Part shown: positions 56,472 to 64,000 of the stretch, one piece after another | Position numbering within the stretch: position 1 is the first letter of the stretch | Layout: each line of letters begins with the position of its first letter | DNA from: Phycisphaeraceae bacterium | GTDB taxonomy: Bacteria; Planctomycetota; Phycisphaerae; Phycisphaerales; Phycisphaeraceae | NCBI GenBank assembly: GCA_963674705.1 | Contig: OY771506.1 | Coordinates: 3,264,001 to 3,328,000, forward strand | Length of the DNA stretch: 64,000 nucleotides | Direction: 5' to 3' | Translations under genes and position numbers: made by a program | The notes under the pieces: model-generated | What the model was told of the DNA's origin: nothing | The model's input: only the letters and a program-made list of their open reading frames with translations | Databases searched by the model: none

Positions 56472-57281
56472 ATGACTAAAGCCATTTGCCCCGCATTAGC
56501 TGATATCTCTAAACCGATCATCGGGATGCTCCACCTGCCCGCGTTGCCCGGCAGCCCCGGATACGGTGGGGATATGCAGGCGGTTCGTGAGCACGTCTTG
56601 CGTGATGCCCAAACGCTGCAGGCCGGCGGGGTCCACGCCCTGATGCTCGAGAACTTCGGCGACGCCCCGTTCTTTCCCGATAACGTGCCGACGCATACCG
56701 TCACGCACATGACCGCGTTGGCGTTGGCTGTCCGTCAGCGGTTTGATCTGCCGTTAGGCATCAACGTGCTGCGTAACGATGCCCTCTCAGCGATGGCGGT
56801 CGCTCAGGCTGTGGGGGCCGACTATATCCGTGTGAATGTGCTGTCCGGCTCCTACGTGACAGACCAGGGCGTCATCACCGGCCAGGCGGCGAAGCTGTCT
56901 CGTTACCGCAAGGAAGTGGCTGCGGATAATGTAAAAATCTTCGCGGATGTGCGGGTCAAGCACGCTGCACCCCTGGCTGAGCGACCGATCGAGCAGGAGG
57001 CTGAGGAGTTGATTGAGCGCGCCGGCGCCGATGCTTTGATCGTCTCGGGCACGGGCACGGGTAAGCCGACTGATCCGCAACGCATCGCACAGATTCGTAA
57101 GGCCTGCCCGGAAGCACCGATCCTCATCGGAAGCGGCGCTACACCGCAAACGTTGGCGACATTGGCGGTTGATGCCGACGGCTTTATCGTTGGCAGCTAC
57201 TTCAAGTCCGGCGGCGTGATCAACAAGCCTGTGGATAAGGATCTGATTGCTGAATTGATGAGAGCGTGGCGTGATCTTTAA
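56472..57281 (+). CDS. BtpA/SgcQ family TIM-barrel protein
   Basis: IIGMLHLPALPGSP, ENFGDAPF, GINVLRND, ADVRVKH, IVSGTGTG, ADGFIVGS. Confidence 0.93.
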   Translation: MTKAICPALADISKPIIGMLHLPALPGSPGYGGDMQAVREHVLRDAQTLQAGGVHALMLENFGDAPFFPDNVPTHTVTHMTALALAVRQRFDLPLGINVLRNDALSAMAVAQAVGADYIRVNVLSGSYVTDQGVITGQAAKLSRYRKEVAADNVKIFADVRVKHAAPLAERPIEQEAEELIERAGADALIVSGTGTGKPTDPQRIAQIRKACPEAPILIGSGATPQTLATLAVDADGFIVGSYFKSGGVINKPVDKDLIAELMRAWRDL

Positions 57282-57657
57282 TGCAGCGATATACCGTTAG
57301 GAGTTCCGTACCCACTTTTTCATGTTAAACCCAGTCTGTCACGCTGTTAGTGTCGGAAACAGCCGGATGTGGTACCGCCCATTTTGCCTAAATTACCATA
57401 ATTAAAAGCGAATTTTTTAATGAATATTCTATGAAAATAGATTTGACATTTAAAAAACCCTTGACAGTTAGGCGGTAGTCAACTACAAAGGAGATCATAT
57501 TGGGCAATTTGTTCTGGGTGATGTTCTTTCCCTGGGCCCAAAAAAGCCTTGTTTTATAGGTTAAAAACGGAGTCTGGAGAAAGTTCAAAAGGGAAACCTA
57601 GGATCCATACATCAAATTCTTGATGACGGTCCAGGAAAATGGAGAGGAGAAAGGACC

Positions 57658-58278
57658 ATGGGAGTAGTTAAGGACTTCATGCGAGCGACACGGACGGCCG
57701 GGCTCGCCCTGGGTATCGCATGTGCCCTGTCAGCCGCTGGTTCGGCACAGGCTGGGGTGCTCAACGGTCACGCCGGTGCCTTCGATGACGGCACCGATGT
57801 GTGGACCGGCAGCAGCTCGTTCAGCAACGCGTCCGGCCTGTCCGGCACCGTTGACTGGGTCGTCTTCGATCGTAACGACTTCCCCTATTCGGGCTATACC
57901 CCGACAGCCGGTGAATTCGTCTACGCCTTCCAGATCTATTCAACGGGTTCGGCTGCGATCCACTCGCTGACGCTCGACGATCCGAATGCGGCCGCGAACA
58001 ACATCGGTTCATTCGCCGACCTGACCGGTGAAGCGCCGACCTCGGCGGTGATCGGTTCCCAGATCGAATGGAACTTTGCCGGCCTTGATGCCGGTGAGAA
58101 CTCGATCGGTTTGGCGTTCTCGTCGAACAACCTGCCGACCAATCTTTTCGGCGTCGTCGTCAATGGTGGCAGCTTCGCGGTTGCGGTTCCGTTGCCGGTT
58201 CCCAGCCCGATCGTTCCTGAACCCGCCTCGCTGGCGTTGTTCGGTCTCGGTGCTGTGTTGATGCTCCGTCGGTCCTGA
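57658..58278 (+). CDS. Small secreted PEP-CTERM protein
   Basis: RBS, signal peptide (AQA), VPEPASLALFGLGAVLMLRRS. Confidence 0.9.
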   Translation: MGVVKDFMRATRTAGLALGIACALSAAGSAQAGVLNGHAGAFDDGTDVWTGSSSFSNASGLSGTVDWVVFDRNDFPYSGYTPTAGEFVYAFQIYSTGSAAIHSLTLDDPNAAANNIGSFADLTGEAPTSAVIGSQIEWNFAGLDAGENSIGLAFSSNNLPTNLFGVVVNGGSFAVAVPLPVPSPIVPEPASLALFGLGAVLMLRRS

Positions 58279-58473
58279 TAGGCGTGTCGCCTCTCAGGTG
58301 CAGTAAATAGCCATCGGCTTACTGTGTAGTTGCCGATGCGCAGCAGGCGACAGGATGACCTGGACGCTGAGGGGAAGTTTTTGCCAAGGCGCAATGTAGT
58401 CATTAGTCACTGCAAGCGTGTGTCATGCGAAAACTATGAGTCAGAAAACTCATTAGAATCAGGGAGAACTAGG

Positions 58474-59121
58474 ATGTTTATTCGAGCGTCGTCAAGGATA
58501 GGCGTTGCAGGGCTGGCCGTCGCTGCTTTCATGGCTTCTGGGCTCGACGCTCATGCCGGCTTGCTTTCGAGCAGCAGTGGTGGGGCGATGCCCGGTTACA
58601 CGGGGTCGATCGTCTTCAGTGGTGATTCATTGACAGACATCGGCTTTGCCGGCTACACCGTTTCCGCCAATGTCGATTACGCGGTCTTCGCCCCCGGCAC
58701 GTTCGATGCCGCTTTCCCGGGACAAGACCCCAGCGGTGGTACGGAATACGTCTACGCCTACCAGATCGATAATCTCGATACCGATATCAGCAAGTTTACG
58801 GTTGGTCTTGACGGCGATGAACCCCTGGGCACCATTGGGTTCGTGTCGGCAATCGGCTTGGTTGATCCGACAGCCTCCAGCTTCATTGGGGCCGGACCGA
58901 CCTCGGCCGCGTGGGACTATACCGCTCCCGGTGCATTGACCAATGGCAACAGCAGCGCGGTTCTGATCTTCACCAGTGCTGCGGCTCCTGAGCGGGATAC
59001 CGCCACGGTTGCTGCGGACTGGTCGAATACGCAATACCTGCCGAGCCCGGCTCCCGAGCCGGCTTCCCTGGCACTGCTGGCCTTGGGTCTGGGTGTGATC
59101 GGTGTGCGTCGCGTACATTAA
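58474..59121 (+). CDS. Small secreted PEP-CTERM protein, paralogue of upstream gene
   Basis: Start at ATG 58474; shares VD(W/Y)xVF and VYA(F/Y)QI with the upstream gene; APEPASLALLALGLG..GVRR. Confidence 0.9.
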   Translation: MFIRASSRIGVAGLAVAAFMASGLDAHAGLLSSSSGGAMPGYTGSIVFSGDSLTDIGFAGYTVSANVDYAVFAPGTFDAAFPGQDPSGGTEYVYAYQIDNLDTDISKFTVGLDGDEPLGTIGFVSAIGLVDPTASSFIGAGPTSAAWDYTAPGALTNGNSSAVLIFTSAAAPERDTATVAADWSNTQYLPSPAPEPASLALLALGLGVIGVRRVH

Positions 59122-59198
59122 TCGAGCGTGAAATCTTTCCAAAGCTCTCCCCTCGCTCGAACGGATTGGTAAAATAACAATCCGACAACTGGCTCTAT

Positions 59199-60743
59199 GT
59201 GGGTCTGTTCGGGTCTGCTTGTTCACCGAACAAGTCGATCCCTTTGTGTGGGAGAAGAGGTTTGGTCCTCAATCTGTTGCGCCTGCTCGCCTGTCGGTTC
59301 CGGCAGGTAGTTGATGTCTTCCTAGTTATCTCATTGATGTTACTCCTGAGCATCCAGACCGCTTATGGTCTGGATGCTTCTAATGTCATGGTGCTCTACA
59401 ACAGCGAAAGTGCTGATGGTCTGCAGATTGCTCAGTACTACACTCAGTTACATCCGGGTGTGAGACTGCTGGCAATTGAAGATGTCGAGGTTGCCGAAGA
59501 AGTATCTCAGGAAGATTACCTGAAGGTGATCCGGCCTCAGGTGCTCGCCGCCCTTAGCGATGAGATCAAGGTTATCGTCACAACCAGGGGGATGCCGCTG
59601 CGTATCCATAACGAAGTCGAAAACCCCGGTACGTATGATGGCTGGCGCGGTGAAGACTACAACGTCCCGATCTTCAATGATTGGTGGAAAACTTATTCAA
59701 GCCTTGAGAGTGAGTTGACCCGCGTCACGTTGATCAATTCGGCCGAGATGATGGGCGATCAAGCGTCGTTTTTGTCTCCGCCGTCTTTTCCGTATCAGAC
59801 GCTTCATCATGCCGCGAATCCCTATTACTGTGCCGATCAGGCGTTCGATTCCAGCACACCCGGTTACGACGGTATGCGCCTGACATCCCGGCTTGATGGC
59901 TTTACCGTGGATGATGTCCTGGCGAGTCTGGATCGGGCTCAGAATGCTTGCATCATTTCAGATCAGCACGCGGTCATTGTCGATGACGATCCTGATGTGC
60001 CGGCCACCAATTCGGACATGATGCCTGAATTGGCTTTGGAGGTGCTGCCTTTCTATGACCAGGACGTGATCTACGATTCCACGGAGATGGATATCTTTGA
60101 CGCCGATGAACCAGTGATTGGTTATGTCGGCCACGGCTCGCATGCCGCCGGCTCCCGATACATTTCCAAGTTTGAATTCGAGCTGGCCGACGGCGCCATC
60201 TTCCAGACATGGGAAAGCTTTAATGCTTACAGTTTCGTCGAGGGCAATAACCTCCATGGTCAGGCGCTGATCGGTGAATGGTTACAGGCCGGCGGGACAG
60301 CCGCCCTCGGCCATGTGGAGGAGCCGGGCGGTATCGGTACACGTAGTGTTGCCCGGGAAGACATCTTCTGGAACATGCTGCTTCAAGGGTACACCTTTGC
60401 GGAAGCCGCATGGGCAGCAACGCCGCAGCTTTCATATGTCAACACGGTAGTGGGTGATCCTCTGATGCAGTTGAAGTATTACTGTGTAGGTGATCTAAAT
60501 CGTGACGGTATCGTCGGATTGGATGACCTGCATTTAGTCTTGATTAATTGGAATACATGGGTAGTCGATGGATACGACCAGGGTGATGTCAACAGCAATG
60601 GATTCATCGGCTTGGATGATCTGGATTTGATATTGGCGTACTGGACTTCCAGCACAGAACCACCACAGATGGTCATCCCCGAGCCCGGCACACTTCTATT
60701 CACGACCGTGATTTGCAGTATCGCAATGATGCGCCGTCACTGA
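59199..60743 (+). CDS. TIGR03790-like protein with dockerin-like pair and PEP-CTERM tail (true start probably further downstream)
   Basis: VMVLYNS...IAQYY, RLDG, GAIF...ESF, G.V.EP, GYTFAEAAW...LSY...VGDPL; GDLNRDGIVGLDDL; IPEPG...RRH. Confidence 0.75.
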   Translation: MGLFGSACSPNKSIPLCGRRGLVLNLLRLLACRFRQVVDVFLVISLMLLLSIQTAYGLDASNVMVLYNSESADGLQIAQYYTQLHPGVRLLAIEDVEVAEEVSQEDYLKVIRPQVLAALSDEIKVIVTTRGMPLRIHNEVENPGTYDGWRGEDYNVPIFNDWWKTYSSLESELTRVTLINSAEMMGDQASFLSPPSFPYQTLHHAANPYYCADQAFDSSTPGYDGMRLTSRLDGFTVDDVLASLDRAQNACIISDQHAVIVDDDPDVPATNSDMMPELALEVLPFYDQDVIYDSTEMDIFDADEPVIGYVGHGSHAAGSRYISKFEFELADGAIFQTWESFNAYSFVEGNNLHGQALIGEWLQAGGTAALGHVEEPGGIGTRSVAREDIFWNMLLQGYTFAEAAWAATPQLSYVNTVVGDPLMQLKYYCVGDLNRDGIVGLDDLHLVLINWNTWVVDGYDQGDVNSNGFIGLDDLDLILAYWTSSTEPPQMVIPEPGTLLFTTVICSIAMMRRH

Positions 60744-60764
60744 TCTGCCAGCACCAGTAACCCG

Positions 60765-61982
60765 TTATACCACCGCAGCGCCCACGTTATTGCGGCGTTC
60801 TTGTGCCAGGTCCATCTGCTCCCCGGTCGGGCTATTGCCCGTGGTCATCATGTCGATGAAGCAGTCGAACAGGTATCGAGCATCATGCGGGCCGGGGCTT
60901 GCTTCCGGGTGGTACTGCACCGCAAAGATCGGCTCCGAGCCGTGGCGGAAGCCTTCGAGCGTCCGGTCGTTGAGGTTGATGTGAGTCGGTTCGCCGCCTG
61001 CTTTTTTCAGGCTGTCGATATCGACCGCGAAGCCGTGGTTCTGGCTGGTGATCTCGACCTTCTTGGTATGCAGGTTCTGCACCGGCTGGTTGCCGCCGCG
61101 GTGGCCGAACTTCAGCTTGAACGTCTGGGCGCCCATGGCCAAACTTAATAGCTGATGCCCAAGACAAATCCCGAAGATCGGCAGCTTGCCGCGCAGTTGT
61201 TTGAGGTTCTCGATGGTCTGGATCACCGCCGCCGGATCGCCCGGGCCGTTGGATACGAATAAGCCGTCCGGCTTGTGTTCGAGGATCGCAGAAGGGTCCG
61301 CATCGTATGGCAGGACCGATACATCACATCCTGAGTCAACAAGGTTGCGCAAGATGTTCATCTTGGCCCCACAATCCAGTGCCACGACCTTGAACTGCTT
61401 GCTGGGGGCGGGAACGGCACCCTGGATCGGCGCCCAGTCGCCTAGGTTGTCGCTCCATTGGATCGCCTGGCAGAGACTCACTTCTTTGGCAAGGTTAGCG
61501 CCGACCAAGCCCGGGGCGGCCTTGGCCTTGGCGACAAGCTCCTCATCGCTCAACTTCGGATCGGTCGCCAGCACGCCGTTGAGCGCGCCCTTGGTCCGCA
61601 GCTTCCGTGTCAGGGCCCGTGTGTCGATCCCGGTGATACCGGTCACACCCTGCGTCGCCAGCCAGTCGCTGAGTTCGCTGGTCGCCCGGTAATTGCTGGC
61701 AATGTTGGCTAGTTCACGCACGACAAAGCCGCTGACCTGGGCCCGAGCGGATTCGAGGTCGGCCTCGTTCACGCCGTAGTTGCCGATCAGCGGGCAGGTC
61801 ATGGTGACGATCTGTCCGGAGTAGGACGGGTCGGTCAGGACCTCCTGGTAGCCGCTGAGGGACGTGTTGAAGCACACCTCGGCGTCGATGGCCTTGGGTG
61901 TGGTATCACCAAACGCCTCGCCGACGAAGACGCTGCCGTCCTCCAGAGCGAGCCTTGCTTGTTGTGGGGGATTCTTGCTCAA
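60765..61982 (-). CDS. carA: Carbamoyl-phosphate synthase small subunit
   Basis: LALEDG, GYQEVLTDPSYSGQI, IDTRALT, SNGPGDP, GICLGHQ, SQNHGF, QYHPEASPGPHD. Confidence 0.98.
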   Translation of the reverse strand: MSKNPPQQARLALEDGSVFVGEAFGDTTPKAIDAEVCFNTSLSGYQEVLTDPSYSGQIVTMTCPLIGNYGVNEADLESARAQVSGFVVRELANIASNYRATSELSDWLATQGVTGITGIDTRALTRKLRTKGALNGVLATDPKLSDEELVAKAKAAPGLVGANLAKEVSLCQAIQWSDNLGDWAPIQGAVPAPSKQFKVVALDCGAKMNILRNLVDSGCDVSVLPYDADPSAILEHKPDGLFVSNGPGDPAAVIQTIENLKQLRGKLPIFGICLGHQLLSLAMGAQTFKLKFGHRGGNQPVQNLHTKKVEITSQNHGFAVDIDSLKKAGGEPTHINLNDRTLEGFRHGSEPIFAVQYHPEASPGPHDARYLFDCFIDMMTTGNSPTGEQMDLAQERRNNVGAAVV

Positions 61983-62259
61983 TGTTGTTTTTTCGCTATG
62001 AACTGGGTTTCAGGAGAGTTTTGCGGGATTCTATCGGGGAATTCAGGCCGTGGCTACACTGAAGCCTCCGTTGCCCCAGCCCTATCTAGGGAAGGCAAAG
62101 CGCGAGATGCTTGGGCCGTGATAATTACTCTCATGGGCTTTGATAATATAAACCCATGAATATCTGTAAATCCTTGCTCTCGTTCAGGATCGGGTTATAC
62201 TTGATACTAAAACTCACACGTTTGGGTGACTTTATTCGTCTAAAGATTGCGGGGATCAC

Positions 62260-63600
62260 ATGCACATCACTCGGGGTACTGTATTTGCTGGTATCTGCCT
62301 GGTTTTGCCATGGGGCGACATCCAGCAGGTCCATGCCGCTCCCGTGCCCGGCGTGGCGTGGACCAAGCAGATCGGTACGGTGAATTATGACGCTAGCGAT
62401 TCCGTGGCTGTGGACGCGGCTGGTAACGTCTACATCAGTGGGAGCACCGATGGTGACCTCGGCGGGACCAATGCGGGGGAATGGGATGCCTTCCTGACCA
62501 AGTTCGACCCGGCGGGCAATGAGTTGTGGACCAGGCAGATCGGCTCGATGCAATATGACTTCGGCCAATCTGTGGCGTTGGACGCGGCGGGCAACGCTTA
62601 CATCAGCGGATCCACCAGTGGCAACCTCGGCGGGACCAATTCAGGAAACAGGGATGCCTTCTTGGCCAAGTTCGATCCCGCTGGCAACGAGTTGTGGACC
62701 ATACAGATCGGCTCGACGGAGTGGGACCGCAGCCAGTCCGTGGCGGTGGACGCGGCGGGTAACGCTTATATCAGCGGATCCACCAAAGGCGATCTCGGCG
62801 GGACCAATGCTGGGGGCCAGGATACCTTCCTGGCGAAGTTCGACCCGGATGGTAACGAACTGTGGACCACGCAGATCGGCTCGACGAGATATGACGAATG
62901 TAATGCCGTGGCGGTTGACGCGGCGGGGAACGCCTATATCAGCGGATTCACCGACGGCGACCTCGGAGGGCCCAATGTGGGTTACGTCAATGCCTTCCTG
63001 ACCAAGCTCGACCCGGCGGGCAACGAGCTGTGGTCCACGCAAATCGGCACGACGAGCCGTGACGAAAGTAATGCCGTGGCCGTGGACGCAGCGGGCAACC
63101 TCTACATCAGCGGAATCACTTACGGTGATCTCGGCGCAGCCAACGCGGGTTATGGAGGTTTGTTTCCGACCACCGACGCCTTCTTGACCAAGTTCGACCC
63201 GACGGGCAACGAGCTGTGGTCCAGGCAGATCGGCACGACGAGTTATGACGAATGTAATGCCGTGGCGGTGGACGCGGCTGGCAATGCTTACATCAGCGGA
63301 TCCACCGGAGGGGACCTCGGAGGGCCCAATGCGGGTTCCGCCGATGCATACCTGATCAAGTTTGACCCGTATGGTAACGAGCTGTGGTCCACGCAGATCG
63401 GTACGACGAGTTCAGACTACGGCGCATCCGTGGCCGTGGACGCAGCGGGCCACGCCTATATCAGCGGGGCTACCTCCGGCTACCTCGACGGGACCAATAT
63501 GGGGGACAGCGATGCCTTCCTGATCAAGTTCGAGATCCCCGAGCCGGCGTCTGTGGCGCCGTTGGTACTGAGTTTGCCAGTGTTGTTGCGTTGCCGATAA
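62260..63600 (+). CDS. SBBP-type beta-propeller repeat protein with PEP-CTERM-like tail
   Basis: Seven ~57-aa repeats WTxQIG...VAVDAAGNAYISG.T.GDLGG.N.G..DAFL.KFD; IPEPAS...LRCR. ORF-track start at 62260 is not ATG, so the start is uncertain. Confidence 0.85.
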   Translation: MHITRGTVFAGICLVLPWGDIQQVHAAPVPGVAWTKQIGTVNYDASDSVAVDAAGNVYISGSTDGDLGGTNAGEWDAFLTKFDPAGNELWTRQIGSMQYDFGQSVALDAAGNAYISGSTSGNLGGTNSGNRDAFLAKFDPAGNELWTIQIGSTEWDRSQSVAVDAAGNAYISGSTKGDLGGTNAGGQDTFLAKFDPDGNELWTTQIGSTRYDECNAVAVDAAGNAYISGFTDGDLGGPNVGYVNAFLTKLDPAGNELWSTQIGTTSRDESNAVAVDAAGNLYISGITYGDLGAANAGYGGLFPTTDAFLTKFDPTGNELWSRQIGTTSYDECNAVAVDAAGNAYISGSTGGDLGGPNAGSADAYLIKFDPYGNELWSTQIGTTSSDYGASVAVDAAGHAYISGATSGYLDGTNMGDSDAFLIKFEIPEPASVAPLVLSLPVLLRCR

Positions 63601-63697
63601 GCCTCGTGGGGTGTCTACTTTCAGTTTTGTTTCACGGTCGATCTCTGATCTTTGTGTCTGGCGCGCGACCAGGAGAGGCGCGGCTATTGAGAGTGGC

Positions 63698-64000
63698 TCA
63701 ATCCTCGATCAGCCTCGGGTCAGGTGGCGGTTCGTGTGGCAGCAGCAGCCTCCGGCCCTTGCGTTGGCTGCGGTCACCGTACGACGGGTCCAGATTCAGT
63801 TGCTCGTTCGGCGCTGGCAGCGGTTCACCCTTCAAACACTTATCCGCACGCTCGGCGGTGTCTTCCAGCAGCAGTTGTGCCTGCGATCGCATCCGCTCGA
63901 ATTCTTCGCTGTCGCTTGCTTCTTTGTTCCGGAGGATCGGCCCTTCCAGCACGATCACGATTTTGCCGAACGGCAGGGGGACGCGCGTTTTATCCCAACT
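63698..64000 (-). CDS. 5'-truncated gene, C-terminus of a DUF374/lysophospholipid acyltransferase-like protein
   Basis: The frame is open from the window end: SWDKTRVPLPFGKIVIVLEGPI resembles the SWD...P.PF motif of that family. Confidence 0.55.
   Translation of the reverse strand, partial: SWDKTRVPLPFGKIVIVLEGPILRNKEASDSEEFERMRSQAQLLLEDTAERADKCLKGEPLPAPNEQLNLDPSYGDRSQRKGRRLLLPHEPPPDPRLIED

Noticed and set aside
57380..57650. Sigma54 promoter for the PEP-CTERM cluster
   Set aside because: No TGGCAC-N5-TTGC match found; only tandem TTGACA hexamers (57443, 57461) with weak -10 boxes.
62360..63530. ~171-bp DNA repeats as a non-coding repeat system
   Set aside because: They are in-frame beta-propeller blades of the SBBP-type protein.

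Overview
The window looks like a GC-rich Planctomycetota chromosome segment, probably Phycisphaerae. This is inferred from DUF1559/H-X9-DG pilin-like genes, eight PEP-CTERM proteins (five with a paired dockerin-like GDxNxDGFVGLDDL tail) and CxxCGYNLRG..CPECG proteins. Core genes: sahR-like regulator plus ahcY, bamD-like, lptE, ftsH, a NeuB-family synthase, tRNA-Lys(CTT) and tRNA-Lys(TTT), NUDIX, rhomboid, tgt, yajC, secDF, rsmJ-like, RNase Z-like, BtpA/SgcQ and carA. The less-explained content is: (1) a tandem array of five paralogous zinc-ribbon plus polytopic membrane proteins with conserved 5' ends and apparent leaderless promoters; (2) a six-gene operon for a TonB/TolA-anchor-vWA protein, TPR proteins, ExbB and two ExbD; (3) an AT-rich patch after tRNA-Lys(TTT) in which small orphan genes are bracketed by short repeats, one gene hit by a 900-bp IS5-family element; (4) a candidate two-hairpin leader RNA with terminator before a DUF1559 gene; (5) many intergenic REP-like palindromes and heptamer arrays, one of which lies in-frame inside tgt; (6) a 31-bp AT-rich palindrome present twice, 28 kb apart. 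No CRISPR array, rRNA, integrase or reverse transcriptase was seen. All calls are by motif recognition only, with no database searches.
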